From positions 1,216,001 through 1,280,000 of the forward strand of contig CAVYGB010000010.1 of assembly GCA_963767925.1 (NCBI GenBank): a DNA stretch of 64,000 bases, in the 5' to 3' direction. The position numbers were made by a program, and so were the translations under genes. The stretch comes from an uncultured delta proteobacterium (GTDB taxonomy: Bacteria > Myxococcota_A > Polyangia > Fen-1088). This document shows positions 1 to 14,190 of the stretch, piece by piece (position 1 is the first letter of the stretch; every line of letters begins with the position of its first letter). The notes beneath the pieces were generated by a model. It did no database searches. It had not been told where the DNA came from and saw only the letters and a list, made by a program, of their open reading frames with translations.

Positions 1-134
1 ACCACTTCGGCAACCAGGTCTTCGGGCCGGGGCAGAACTTCGTTGGTGCCGTCGAAGACGATCACGTGGGTGACGCCGGATCGTTCCAGCACGTCCCGGT
101 CCAGGCGCGAGGGACGCGGCTTTTCGCAGCGCGG
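1..134 (-). pseudogene. Start-less fragment resembling an SGNH/GDSL hydrolase internal block (runs off the window edge)
   Basis: The minus frame continuing after the regulator stop reads SRLDRDVLERSGVTHVIVFDGTNE, similar to the 'RFDRDVL..GV..VI..G.ND' block of SGNH esterases. No start codon precedes the block in this frame. Confidence 0.3.
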
Positions 135-1502
<1,368 letters not shown>

Positions 1503-1557
1503 CGCCCAAGCATAGATCGGGGCCCCGATCGGCGTGGGATACTCCCGATGAGCAGAG

Positions 1558-2283
1558 ATGCCCGACCCCCGACGCACCGCCGCCCCCGAGGGGGCCCCCG
1601 CGCCGAGCCAGCCGGAGCCGCTGCTTCACCTCGATCTGCCGCACGGACGCTGTATCGGGGTGCCGGTGCCCGCGGGGGAGCCGGACGCGGCCCTGCTGGC
1701 CCGGCTCGATCCCGAGGAGGTGGCCTTCCTCGCGGGCCTGCCCGAGGGGCGGCGGGCGACCTTCGCCGCGGGGCGGGCGGCCCTGCGGGCTGCGCTCGGC
1801 GATCTCGGCCTGCCGCTCGGGCCGCTGCTTCCCGACGGACGGGGTGGGCCCCGGCTGCCGGCGGGGGTGCTGGGATCGATCAGCCACAAGCGCCGGCTGG
1901 CGGTGGCCCTGGCCGCGGCGGCGCCGCCGGGCCGGTGCGCGCTGGGGATCGATCTCGAGGAGGCGCGCCCCTTCCGGATCGACATCTCCCGCCGGGTGCT
2001 CACCCCGGACGAGCTCGCCACCGTCGCTGCCCTGCCGGAGGGTGAACGCACCCTCGCCGTGCTGGCCCGCTTCTGCTTGAAAGAGGCGTTCTACAAGGCG
2101 GCCAACGCCTTCGTCGGCCGCACCATCTCCTTCCAGGAGGTGGCGGTGGCCGCCATCGACCGCGACGGCCGGGCCACCTTCGCCGGCCCGCTCCTGGCCC
2201 GCGGCGGGCTGACCGCCGAGGGCTGGGTGGGACAGCCCCTGGCGGGTTATCTCCTGGCGACGGCTACTGCGAGACCTTCATGA
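1558..2283 (+). CDS. 4'-phosphopantetheinyl transferase (EntD/Sfp-like)
   Basis: GSISH, LGIDLE and FCLKEAFYKA motifs. Confidence 0.88.
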   Translation: MPDPRRTAAPEGAPAPSQPEPLLHLDLPHGRCIGVPVPAGEPDAALLARLDPEEVAFLAGLPEGRRATFAAGRAALRAALGDLGLPLGPLLPDGRGGPRLPAGVLGSISHKRRLAVALAAAAPPGRCALGIDLEEARPFRIDISRRVLTPDELATVAALPEGERTLAVLARFCLKEAFYKAANAFVGRTISFQEVAVAAIDRDGRATFAGPLLARGGLTAEGWVGQPLAGYLLATATARPS

Positions 2284-2728
2284 GCATCGCCGACTGCGTG
2301 TAGTTGCAGTTGACGTTGCCCGTGGGGAAGGCGATCTGGAGGGTGGCCGAGCCGCTCTCGGTGGCGACCAGGCCATTGACCGTAAAGGTGTAGGCGGTCA
2401 GCTTCATGGTGGCGGTGTTGCCGTCGATCACCTGGCTGCACTCCTGGGGAATGCGGGCGGTGGCGGTGCTGCCGTTCACGTCCATGGCGATGGTGCAGGA
2501 ATCGTCGACGGAGACCAGCGGCGCGGCGACCCCTTTCATGATGTTGACCGTCCCCGAGACCTGGTCGGTGTTGGAGGTTCCCCCGCAGTTGGTGGTGGAG
2601 GTGCCCGAGGTGTACCTCCAGGCGCCCACGAACGCCCCGGTCGTGTCCTCGTCGCCGCCACAGCCCACGAGGCCGGTCACCGCCAGCGCCGTCAACAGAA
2701 CCAGGCCCCGCTTACCAAGAGCTTTCAT
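2264..2728 (-). CDS. Hypothetical lipoprotein (beta-rich, Cys-containing)
   Basis: Signal peptide with LVGC lipobox; 'FVGAWRYTSG' start of the mature domain; GGAGGGG RBS upstream. Confidence 0.8.
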   Translation of the reverse strand: MKALGKRGLVLLTALAVTGLVGCGGDEDTTGAFVGAWRYTSGTSTTNCGGTSNTDQVSGTVNIMKGVAAPLVSVDDSCTIAMDVNGSTATARIPQECSQVIDGNTATMKLTAYTFTVNGLVATESGSATLQIAFPTGNVNCNYTQSAMLMKVSQ

Positions 2729-2968
2729 CCCATCCCCTCCTGCTTATTTGCCAGCCGCGCCGTTCCTGGCGCGCATCGTTGTCTGATCGTCGGTTGTGGA
2801 ATTTTCCGTAGCCGTTTTGACCGGCGTCTCGTCGCCCCCGGCTTTCTCGGGGGATGGTGTGGGGCGAGCGCGGGTGGTGTGCTCGAACAAGTTCGCCAGC
2901 AGGGGCAGGAACGCCCCCGAGGAGAAGGCGATGAGGAAGACCTGACCGCCGTGAAGGCGGCCCGGCGC

Positions 2969-4326
<1,358 letters not shown>

Positions 4327-4330
<4 letters not shown>

Positions 4331-5643
4331 CGGCGTCCGCCACCCCGGGCGCCCATCCCCGGCCGCGCCAGCCTCCCGCCGAGCGACCGGCCGAGCGCGC
4401 CGTCGAGCGCACCGTCGAGCGACCGGGCGCCCGCTCCGTCACGCGACCTGCCCCGCAAGCTGTCACGCGATCTGGCGCGATCGACCGCGCCAGACAGGGC
4501 GGCAGGGCCGAACCCGACTGCCGCCGTCCCCCCCTGCACGCAGGTGGGCTCGTAGGGGGGGAACTTGCACGTGCCGCTCACACAGCGCGCAGGCGACAGG
4601 CACTGGGGCCCGTTCTCGTCGTCGCAGTTTCCGTTTTCGCCCGAGGGCGGCAGGCAGGCCCCCGTGTTCAGGCAGAAGCCGCTGGCCGTGCAGGCGGTGG
4701 CGGTGCCGTCCTGGCCGATGCCGCAGGTGGTGCCGGCCCGGTAGCTGACACACGTGTTGGTGTTGGTGTTGCAGATCGCGCCCTTGGTCTCGTCGCAGTC
4801 GGCTCGGTCGAAGCAGAGCCCGCCCGCCTCGCCCTTGTGGCTGCAGGAGCCGCTGTAGCAATAGAGGGTCTGGCGACAGGGCTTGTTGTCGTCGCAGTCG
4901 GCGCCCAGCTCGCCCGGCGCGGCGCAGATCCCGCTCGGCGAGCAGAGCAGGCCCCGGCGGCAAAAGACCCCCTGGTAACAGGAGGCGCCGGCGGCGGGCA
5001 GGATCTGGCAGGTGCCGCACACGCCGCTCGGCATGGCCACGTCGCAGAAGCCCGACTGGCACTGGTCGCCGCCGGTGCAGCGGGCGCCGGCGGCGTAGTC
5101 GCCGGCGGCCTGGCAGGCGGCGGGGATGCGGTCGTCGAAGAAGTCCTCGCAGCTCAGGGCGCCCATGGCCGCCACGCAGGGGGCCACGGGGCGCTTGGGG
5201 AAGTTGGCACCCGGCAGGTCGACGTAGCGGCAGAGCAGGCGCAGGCGCTGCTTGGCCATGGCCTCCGAGCCGTACACGACCTGCAGGAGCACCGGCGCGC
5301 AGCGGGCCATCACGGCCGCGCTGGCGTCGGCGTAGGCCGCGCAGGCCTGGGCCTTGGTCTGCATCCCGCCGGTGCCGCCGGTGCCGCCGGTCCCGCCGCC
5401 CCCGGTCCCGCCCGCGCCCCCGGTGCTGCCGCCGGCCCCCCCGGCTCCGCCCGCGCCCCCGGTGCCGGCCCCGTCACCGGTGCCGTCGCTGGAGCTGCCG
5501 TCGGCGCCGCTGCTGCCGCCGGGTCCCCCTCCGCCGGTGCCGGTCGGGTTCACGCCGACCGCGCGGAGCTTGTCCGCGTCGGGAAAGCAGGCCAGCGCCC
5601 CGACCGCCACGACCAGCCACCCCGGCGCCCGCGCAGGGCCCAT
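4327..5643 (-). CDS. Cys-rich lipoprotein with Gly/Thr linker
   Basis: ALAC lipobox, GGTGG repeats, many disulfide-type Cys modules; stop overlaps the kinase start. Confidence 0.8.
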
Positions 5644-5644
5644 G

Positions 5645-6655
5645 TCAGAAGCGCCCTCCCAGCCCGAGGGCCAGCCCGCGGGCCCCGGTCTCCGGGGCGG
5701 GGTTCAGGATCAGCAGCGTGACCCCCGCGGCGCCGGTGACGACCGCGCCCAGCAGCAGGAGCTTCGAGGCGCGGTTGCGCCCCTCGACCGACTTGGCCGC
5801 CTGGTCGGCGCACCAGTAGTTGCCGCGGCAGCTCTTCTCGGCGCTCTTGTACTTCGTCCAGGAGGTCACGAAGAAGGCGCCGCCGCCGACCGCGAGCGCG
5901 CCGGCCACCGCCAGGCCGCCGAACGCCAGGATCCGCCCGAGCGGTCGTTCGCTCCCGGTGGCGAGATCGGTCATCGGCGGGCTGGCCGGGAAGGCGGCCG
6001 GGGGCGGCCCGGCCTGGGCCAGGGGAGAGGTGAGCGGGGGCGGGGCCAGCGGCACTTGCGCGGGCGCGGGCGGCGAAGCGGCCGGCGCGGGCGGGGTGGC
6101 CGCCGGCGGCGGGACGGAGAGCGGCGGCACGACGTTCGCGCCGATGGGCGGCGCCGTCGGACGCGGCGGCGGGCTCAGCGGCGGCAGAGGCGTGGTCCGC
6201 GCCGGCGCGGTCGCGGGCGCGGGCGCGGGCGCGGGCGACTTCGCCGTCGAGGGCGCCGGCGCGGGGGCGCTGCTACCCGGGTTGCGGCGCTTGAGCTCCT
6301 CCAGCTCGCGCACGAAGCCCTGCACCTCCTCGCGCTCGCCCTTGCTGATGTTCTTGGCCCGCAGCAGGTACTCCTCGAAGCTGGCGATGGCCCGGTCGAC
6401 GTCCCGCAGCCGCTGGTAACAGCGCCCGATGTTGCGGAGATACACCGGGTTGTCGGTGTCGGTGTAGAGGCGGGAGAGGATGTCGATCGCCTCGGCGTAT
6501 TGCCCGGCCACGAACAGCCGCTTGGCCTTCTGATCCAGGTCCTCCTCGGCCGGGCGGGCTGGCTCGGTCTGGGCGGCCGCCGCGCTCGCGGCCACCGGTG
6601 CGAGGAGGGACACCAGTAGTGCGATGTGGGCGACGGTGGCACGCGGCCGGGTCAT
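5645..6655 (-). CDS. Secreted TPR protein with Pro-rich linker and C-terminal membrane/beta segment
   Basis: Signal peptide, TPR (YLRNIGRCYQRL...AIASFEEYL), Pro-rich region, hydrophobic C-terminus ending LGGRF. Confidence 0.8.
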   Translation of the reverse strand: MTRPRATVAHIALLVSLLAPVAASAAAAQTEPARPAEEDLDQKAKRLFVAGQYAEAIDILSRLYTDTDNPVYLRNIGRCYQRLRDVDRAIASFEEYLLRAKNISKGEREEVQGFVRELEELKRRNPGSSAPAPAPSTAKSPAPAPAPATAPARTTPLPPLSPPPRPTAPPIGANVVPPLSVPPPAATPPAPAASPPAPAQVPLAPPPLTSPLAQAGPPPAAFPASPPMTDLATGSERPLGRILAFGGLAVAGALAVGGGAFFVTSWTKYKSAEKSCRGNYWCADQAAKSVEGRNRASKLLLLGAVVTGAAGVTLLILNPAPETGARGLALGLGGRF

Positions 6656-6707
6656 CGTCCTCTTCTGTCGGCACTTCGGCCGCTCCGCTTTCGCCCGGAT
6701 GGGCGAT

Positions 6708-7586
6708 TTATGAGGTGCGGGCGGGGGAGACCTGGCTCTGCCAGATCGTGCTGCCGGCGGTGGCGGCCAGGATGACCAGGCCCCCCACCAGGGAGGAGGG
6801 GCCCGGGTTCTCGCCGTGGACCAGCCAGGCCCAGATCGGGTTGAGCGCCGTCTCCAGGAACAGCAGCAACGAGGCCTCCAGCGCCGGCACGTGGGGCATG
6901 GCCGCCGCCAGCAACACGTAGGCCATCCCGATCTGGAACACCCCGAGAAACCCGATGAGGAGCCAGTCGGACAGGGGGTGCGGCCCGAGGGGGAACATCA
7001 TCGGCGCCGCCACGACGAAGGCCAGCAGGTTGCCGAGGACCACCGCCGACATGGCCCCCCCGCCCTGCTTGCCGGTCCAGCGCATCCCCAGGATCAGCAG
7101 CCCGTAGGTCACCCCGCTGCACAGGGCCAGCAGGTTGCCGCGCGCCGGATCGGGGGCGGTGGACGACTGCTGCTGATCGCCGGCCATGAGGACCGCCATG
7201 CCGACCGCCACCGCGCCGATGAAGAGCAGATCGCGCAGCCGGATCCGCTCGTCGAGCAGCAGCGGCCCCAGCAGCAAGACGTAGAGCGGCGCCGTCGACT
7301 GCAGGAAGATGGTGTTGGCCGAGGTGGTCAGCTTGTTGGCCAGCACGAACAGCACCAGGGTGGCGGCGTAGGCCATCGCCACCAGGGTGGTGCGCAGGCG
7401 GGCGCGGGTGTCGGGGCCCAGGCTGCGGGCCCGGGGCAGGAAGATCGCGATGGCCACCGCCGCCACCAGCGAGCGCAGCCCCGCCACCTGCCAGCTCGTG
7501 AAGGTGGCGGCCTTGATGGCGGCGCCGCCGGTGGAAAACAGCAGCGCCGCGCCCAGGATCTGCAGTCGGGGGAGGGCGCCGGACAT
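6708..7586 (-). CDS. DMT/EamA family transporter
   Basis: About 10 hydrophobic helices in two EamA-like halves; 'ANTIFLQSTAP' and 'LETALNPIWAWL' motifs. Confidence 0.88.
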   Translation of the reverse strand: MSGALPRLQILGAALLFSTGGAAIKAATFTSWQVAGLRSLVAAVAIAIFLPRARSLGPDTRARLRTTLVAMAYAATLVLFVLANKLTTSANTIFLQSTAPLYVLLLGPLLLDERIRLRDLLFIGAVAVGMAVLMAGDQQQSSTAPDPARGNLLALCSGVTYGLLILGMRWTGKQGGGAMSAVVLGNLLAFVVAAPMMFPLGPHPLSDWLLIGFLGVFQIGMAYVLLAAAMPHVPALEASLLLFLETALNPIWAWLVHGENPGPSSLVGGLVILAATAGSTIWQSQVSPARTS

Positions 7587-7627
7587 CCCGGGAGGATCAC
7601 CGCCAGGGCCCCCCCTGGCAAGCGCGA

Positions 7628-10173
7628 TCAGGTGCGCGGGGTGGGGCGGGCCTGGCGGGGCAAGATGGCGAAGAAGGTGCTGCCCCGCCCCACCCGGCTC
7701 TCCGCCCCCACGGTCCCGCCCTGCGCCTCGACCAGGCGCTTGGTGAGGGCCAGCCCCAGGCCGGTACCCTTGACGTTGTTCGAGGTGCGGCCGCCGACCT
7801 GCTGGAACTCGGCGAACAGGCGGGACACGTCGTCGGGCTCGATGCCCACGCCGGTGTCCTCCACCTCCAGCCGGAACAGGGCCGGCCCCCCTTCCGGGCG
7901 CGCCCGCACCGCCACCTTGCCCCCCTCGGGAGTGAACTTCAGCGCGTTGGAGGCATAGTTGTAGAGCACCTGCCGCAGGCGGGCCTCGTCGAGGACCACG
8001 TCGGTCAAGCCGGGGTCGATGTGCGACTCCACCTGGATCTTCCGGGCGGCGGCGGTGGCCTCGAGGTTCCCGATGACCTCCCCCACCACCGCCTGCAGGT
8101 CGACCGGCTGGGCGTCGAACTCCAGCTTGCCCGCTTCCACCTTCGCCAGGTCGAGCACGTCGTTGATCAGCTCGAGCAGGTGCTGGCCGCTCGACAGGAT
8201 GTGGCCCAGGAACTCCTGGAACCGCTCCGGCCGCACCTCCCCCCCTTGAGGAGCTGGGTGAAGCCGAGGATGGCGTTGAGCGGGGTGCGCAGCTCGTGCG
8301 ACATGTGGGTGAGGAACCCGCTCTTGGCCCGGTTGGACTCCTCGGCCCGCTCCGCCGCCCGCAGGGCGGTCTCGGTCAGCCGGCGGTTGGCGTCCTCGGC
8401 GGCCTTGCGGGCCAGCAGGTTGCGCACGCGGGCCCGCACCTCCTCGACCGAGAAGGGCTTCATCACGTAGTCGGCGGCGCCCGCCTTCAGCAGCTCGACC
8501 CGCAGCTCGTCGTCGGCCTTGGCCGTGATCAGGACGATGGGGGTGCCGTCGAGCCGGGGCTCCCGCCGGACCGCGCGCACCAGCTCGTCGCCGCCCATCC
8601 GGGGCATCATGAGGTCGGTCAAGATGAGATCCGGGCGCAGGGCCAGGGCCTTGGCCAGCCCGGCCTTGCCGTCGAAGGCGCTGTCGATGCGACAGGAGTC
8701 GGCCAGGCACTCGCCGATGAAGCGGTTCATGTCGCGGTTGTCCTCGACGACGAGCACCAGCGGGCGGTGTGGCTCCTCGCTGTCCTCCACCGTCATCGGC
8801 ACGGCGTAGCGGATGGCGGGGCGCAGCTCGCCCACCACGGTCCGCACCAGATCGGCGTCCTCCTCGGCGGTGGGCCCCGTCCTCCGCACGGCGCTGCCGG
8901 CCGGCGCCTGCAGCGGGATCTCGACGGTGAAGGCAGCCCCACCCTCCTCCGCCTGCCCGATGGCGATGCTGCCCCGATGCAGGTCGACGAAGTCCCGGGC
9001 GATGGCCAGGCCCAGCCCGGTCCCCCCGAAGCGGCGGGTGGTGCCCCCCTCGAGCTGGCGGAAGCGCTCGAACACGGTCTCGCGGTATTCGGGCGGCACC
9101 CCGGGGCCGCTGTCCGCGACCTCCAGGAGGGCCCGCCCGCGGGCAGCGTCGGCCCGCAGCCGGCAGCGGATGCGCCCCCGGTCGGGGGTGAACTTGAAGG
9201 CGTTGGAGAGGAGGTTGAACAGCACCCGCCGGATCTTGCCGACGTCCACCTCCGCGGTCAGCGTCTCGGGGACCACGACCGTGTAGCCGATGGCCGTCTC
9301 CCCGGCCAGCCCCTCGAAGTGCCCGGCCGACAGCCGCACGAGCTGGGCCAGGTCGGTCTCGCTGTACTCCACGTGCATCTTGCGGGCCTCGAGCTTCGAG
9401 GTGTCGAGCAGGTCGTTGACCTGCCGGAGCAGGAGGCGGGCGTTGCGCCCGATCAGCTCGAGATCGGGGCGGTGCAGGTCGTCCCCGCCCGCCCGCAGCA
9501 GCCGATCGACGGGGCCGATGATGAGGGCCAGGGGGGTGCGCAGCTCGTGGCTCAGGTTGGCGAAGAACTGGCTCTTGAGCTGGTCGAGCTCCTTTGTCTT
9601 CTCGTACAGGCGGCCCAGCTCGGCGTTGGCCTCCTTGAGCTGACGGCTCCCCTCCGCCGCCTGGCGGGCGCGCTTGAAGATCTCGTTCTCCATCACTTCG
9701 GCCCGCATCTGCAGGTCGTGGGTGAGCTGCTGCTGCTCGGCGTCGAGCTGCTTGAGGCGGAGGAACTCGGTCACGTCCTCCACCTTGTGGATGATGTAGG
9801 TGAGCTCGCCGGCGGCGCTCAGCACCGGACAGTTGAGCGGGCTCCAGAAGCGCTCCTCGAACCCGCCCCCCTCCGAGTCGGGGCGCCGGATGTCGTACTT
9901 CTGCACCGGCATGGCGTCGGGGACCCGGTCCTGCTTGACCCGCTCGAGCGAGGCCTTCAGGTTGCGGACGCCCGAGGCGCCGGGATCTTCGGGGTTGTCG
10001 GGGAAGACCTCGAACAGCCGGCGGCCCACGATGGCCTCCCGGCGGGTCATCGTCGCCTGGAGATAGGCCTCGCTGACCGCCACGATCTCCAGGTCCGGGG
10101 TCAAGACCAGATAGAGACCGGGGGCCGATTCGAAGAGGGCCCGGAAGTCGGGGGTGCGCGCAAGTTCTGCCAT
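7628..10173 (-). CDS. Hybrid sensor histidine kinase PAS-HisKA-HATPase-REC-HisKA-HATPase, split by a frameshift at about 8240
   Basis: Two SHELRTPL H-boxes, two GTGLGLA G2 boxes, and a [14 protein letters not shown] receiver. The reading frame switches at a G7 run (plus-strand C7, 8239-8245). Confidence 0.88.
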
Positions 10174-10274
10174 GTCCCGACACAGACCTTCGGCGGGAGC
10201 CGCGTCGAACAAAACCCGGCTCAGGGAGTCACCGGAGACGAGGTGGGCGCAAGGAAAAGATCTGGCCCGACGCC

Positions 10275-10292
10275 CCGGCACGGCTTCTGCAT
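10275..10292 (+). promoter_or_regulatory. Putative sigma54 -24/-12 promoter for the PP2C-glnE genes
   Basis: CCGGCACGGCTTCTGCAT has GG-N10-GC spacing with a GGCACG core. Confidence 0.55.
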
Positions 10293-10343
10293 TCCATCTG
10301 CCATTTGATGTTGGCGCAGACCGACGTTACGATGGAGGGCTCG

Positions 10344-11135
<792 letters not shown>

Positions 11136-11148
11136 CAGCCCCAGCGGC

Positions 11149-13980
11149 ATGGGCCTCCCCTCCGTCGACGAGCTGATCGCCGCCGGTCCCGATCCCGAGG
11201 CGGCCGCTCCCGCCCTGGAGCGGTTCCGGGAGGCGGGCGGCCGGGTCCCCGACGGCGAGGACGGCCGGCGGCTGCTGGTGGCGATGTTGTCGAGCGGCAG
11301 CTACCTCGCCGGCCTGCTGCTGCCCGACCCCGGTCAGCTCGACCGGCTGCTGGCCGACCCCTGGCTGCGCCGGCGCAAGCCCCCCGAGCGGATGCTGGCC
11401 GACGTCGCCGCCAGCTGCCAGGAGGCGCGCGACCTGAAGGGGCTGCAGAAGGGGCTGCGCCGCTTCTCCCGCTGGGAGATGTTGCGCCTGGGGGCGCGCG
11501 AGATCGGCTGGGGCACCACCCTCGAGGTGGCGGCCGAGCTGTCCGCCCTGGCCGACGCCTGCCTGGCGCAGGCGGCCAGCGCCTGCGACCGGGACCTGCG
11601 CGGCGGGTTCGGCGCCCCCACCTCGAGCGATCGCCCGCCCTCGTTCGTGGTGCTCGGCATGGGCAAGCTGGGGGGCGAGGAGCTGAACTTCTCCTCCGAC
11701 GTCGACCTGGTCTATCTCTACTCCACCGACGAGGGGTCGGCGGGCAGCCTCAGCCTGCACGAATATTACGCCCGCCTGTCGCAGATGGTGACGCGCGCGC
11801 TGGGCGAGCCCACCGAGCTCGGCAACGTGTTCCGGGTCGATCTGCGGCTGCGGCCCGAGGGGCGCAGCGGGGCGATCTGCAACGCGCTGCCGGCGGCCGA
11901 GCGCTACTACGAGACCTTCGGGCGGACCTGGGAGCGGCAGGCGCTGCTGCGGGCCCGCCCCTGCGCGGGGGATCTCGCCCTGGGCCAGGAGTTCCTGCGC
12001 ATGGTCGAGCCCTTCGTCTACCCCCGGTCGATCGGACCGCAGGCGGTCGACGAGGTGCTGGCCCTGCGGCGCCTGTTCCGCACCCAGGCCGACCGGCAGG
12101 CGAGCGACGGCGAGGGCTTCGACGTCAAGCTGGGGGCGGGCGGGATCCGCGACGTCGAGCTGGTAGCGCAGCTCCTGCAGCTCCTGCACGCGGGCAAGCG
12201 GGCCGACCTGCGCGAGCGGAGCACCCTGCGGGCCCTGCACAAGCTCACCCTGGCCGGGCTGCTCACCGACCGCGAGCAGCGGGCGCTGGCGGACAATTAT
12301 CAGTTCCTGCGCCGGGTGGAGCACCGGATCCAGCTCGAGCACGGCAGCCAGACCCACGCCCTGCCCGCCGAGCCGGTGGGGCTCGAGCGCCTGGCCCGCC
12401 GGCTCGGTTACCCCGACGGGCCGGCCTTCACCGCCGACCTGGAGCGGCGCTGCGCGGTTGTGAGCGCCATCTCCGACACCCTCGGCGAGCCGGTCTCCGC
12501 TCCCCCGGCGGTGGTGCTGCGCCTGCTCGACCCCGCCTCGCGGCGCGCGCGCATCGAGGCCGACCTGCGCGAGGCCGGCTTTCACGACATCCCGGGCAGC
12601 GCCGACGCGCTCGAGCAGGTGCAGAACCGCCTGCCCGCCGCCTGGCTGAGCGAGATCCTCGCCTCGCCCGATCCCGACCGGGCGCTGGGGCACTTCCGCG
12701 ACCTGGCCCAGCGGGCGTCGGTGGGGCTGTACGCGCTGCTGCGGGACAACCCGACCCTGCTGCGCATGCTGGCCAGCCTGCTCGGCACCAGCGATCGCCT
12801 GTCGGGCCTCCTGCTCTCGCACCCCGAGCTGTGGGCCGCGCTGCTGGCCGACCTGGGCGCCCCCCGCCCCGATCCCGCGACCTGGCGGGCGGCCCTGCCG
12901 GCGCGCCTGGCGGGCAAGGACGAGGAGGAGGCCCTGCGCGAGATGCGCCGCTACCAGTCCGGGGAGATCCTGCGCATCGGGATCCACGACGTGGCCGGCA
13001 ACCTCGACGGACCGGAGGTCACCACCCAGCTCACCGGCCTGGCCGAGGTCTGCCTGGAGGCGGCCGTGCGCCAGGTGGCGGGGCGGCTGGCCGAGCGCTA
13101 CGGCGCCCCCCGGGCCGAGCTGGCCGTGCTGGCCCTCGGCAGCTTCGGGGCCCGCGAGACCCGCTACGGATCGGACCTCGACCTGGTCTTCCTGTTCTCG
13201 CAGCCCGGGACCACCGACAAGGGGATGGACCACCAGGAGTGGTTCGCCCGCCTGGCGCAGCGGCTGATCGGGGCGATGGGCGCGCTGCTCGACGAGGGCC
13301 GCCTGTACGAGGTCGACACGCGCCTGCGGCCCTCGGGCCAGCAGGGCCTGCTCGTCACCACCTACGCCTCGTTCGATCGCTACCACCAGGAGGACGCCGC
13401 CCCCTGGGAGCGGGTGGCCCTCCTGCGCGCCCGGCCGGTCTTCCTGGCCCACCTCGGCGCCGGGGCCGCGGGCGCGCCCGCCGAGCCGGCCCCCGACCTG
13501 CCCCGCCTGCTCGAGGAGGTGACCTACGAGCGGCCCCTCGACCTCGACCAGCTCCGCCACGACCTGCGCCACATGCGCGCGCGCATCGAGAAGGAGCGGG
13601 CCCGTCCGGGCCCCGGGGTGCTCCACCTGCGCTTTTCCCCCGGCGGCCTCACCGACCTCGAGTTCCTGGTGGCCTTCGAGCAGCTCCGGCGGGGACCGGC
13701 CGATCCCGGCCTGCGCACGGCGGTGCCCTACCTCGCCCTCCACCACCTCGTGCAGCGGGGCCTGGTCGAGGACGGCGAGGCCCTGCTCGACGACTACCGC
13801 TTCCTGCAGCGGGCGTCGCTGCGGCTGCGCCTGCTGCGCGACGAGCCCGACGACCGCCTCGACCCCCGCGACCACGACCGCCTCTCCCGCTCGCTCGGCC
13901 TGTCCCGGGAGGCCCTCCTCGACGAGCTGACCACCCGCATGACCCGCATCCGCAGCGTCTGGACCCGCGTCCTGGACTGA
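11149..13980 (+). CDS. glnE: Glutamine synthetase adenylyltransferase / deadenylase
   Basis: Two nucleotidyltransferase halves: GMGKLGGEELNFSSDVDL...RVDLRLRPEG and LGSFGARETRYGSDLDL...EVDTRLRPSG; GGIRDVE and GGLTDLE motifs. Confidence 0.95.
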   Translation: MGLPSVDELIAAGPDPEAAAPALERFREAGGRVPDGEDGRRLLVAMLSSGSYLAGLLLPDPGQLDRLLADPWLRRRKPPERMLADVAASCQEARDLKGLQKGLRRFSRWEMLRLGAREIGWGTTLEVAAELSALADACLAQAASACDRDLRGGFGAPTSSDRPPSFVVLGMGKLGGEELNFSSDVDLVYLYSTDEGSAGSLSLHEYYARLSQMVTRALGEPTELGNVFRVDLRLRPEGRSGAICNALPAAERYYETFGRTWERQALLRARPCAGDLALGQEFLRMVEPFVYPRSIGPQAVDEVLALRRLFRTQADRQASDGEGFDVKLGAGGIRDVELVAQLLQLLHAGKRADLRERSTLRALHKLTLAGLLTDREQRALADNYQFLRRVEHRIQLEHGSQTHALPAEPVGLERLARRLGYPDGPAFTADLERRCAVVSAISDTLGEPVSAPPAVVLRLLDPASRRARIEADLREAGFHDIPGSADALEQVQNRLPAAWLSEILASPDPDRALGHFRDLAQRASVGLYALLRDNPTLLRMLASLLGTSDRLSGLLLSHPELWAALLADLGAPRPDPATWRAALPARLAGKDEEEALREMRRYQSGEILRIGIHDVAGNLDGPEVTTQLTGLAEVCLEAAVRQVAGRLAERYGAPRAELAVLALGSFGARETRYGSDLDLVFLFSQPGTTDKGMDHQEWFARLAQRLIGAMGALLDEGRLYEVDTRLRPSGQQGLLVTTYASFDRYHQEDAAPWERVALLRARPVFLAHLGAGAAGAPAEPAPDLPRLLEEVTYERPLDLDQLRHDLRHMRARIEKERARPGPGVLHLRFSPGGLTDLEFLVAFEQLRRGPADPGLRTAVPYLALHHLVQRGLVEDGEALLDDYRFLQRASLRLRLLRDEPDDRLDPRDHDRLSRSLGLSREALLDELTTRMTRIRSVWTRVLD

Positions 13981-14119
13981 GAGGCGAGGGGCGGCGGGCG
14001 CCATTGCGCTGATATGGTAGCGGCTGGCGCGCCGAGACGGTTTCCATCGGCAGCCTGCCGAGGACCGCCGGGCAGACCTCGGCCGTTACGGAACACGCTC
14101 CTGGCTCACTTTGGTCCGG

Positions 14120-14190
14120 CTAGCGAACCCATTCCGTCACGATCTCGGCTTCGTCGAGGCCCAGGGCGTTGGCGATGCGATAGAGCGTCG
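14120..14190 (-). pseudogene. C-terminal fragment of an XRE-type HTH regulator overlapping the sirtuin 3' end
   Basis: An alternative frame reads STLYRIANALGLDEAEIVTEWVR*, typical of the end of an HTH_3 domain; no plausible start for it. Confidence 0.3.

Noticed and set aside
2744..2968. Possible gene fragment (QVFLIAFSSGAFLPLLANLFE...) after the kinase stop
   Set aside because: No start codon ahead of the hydrophobic block and no recognisable family; too weak to call.
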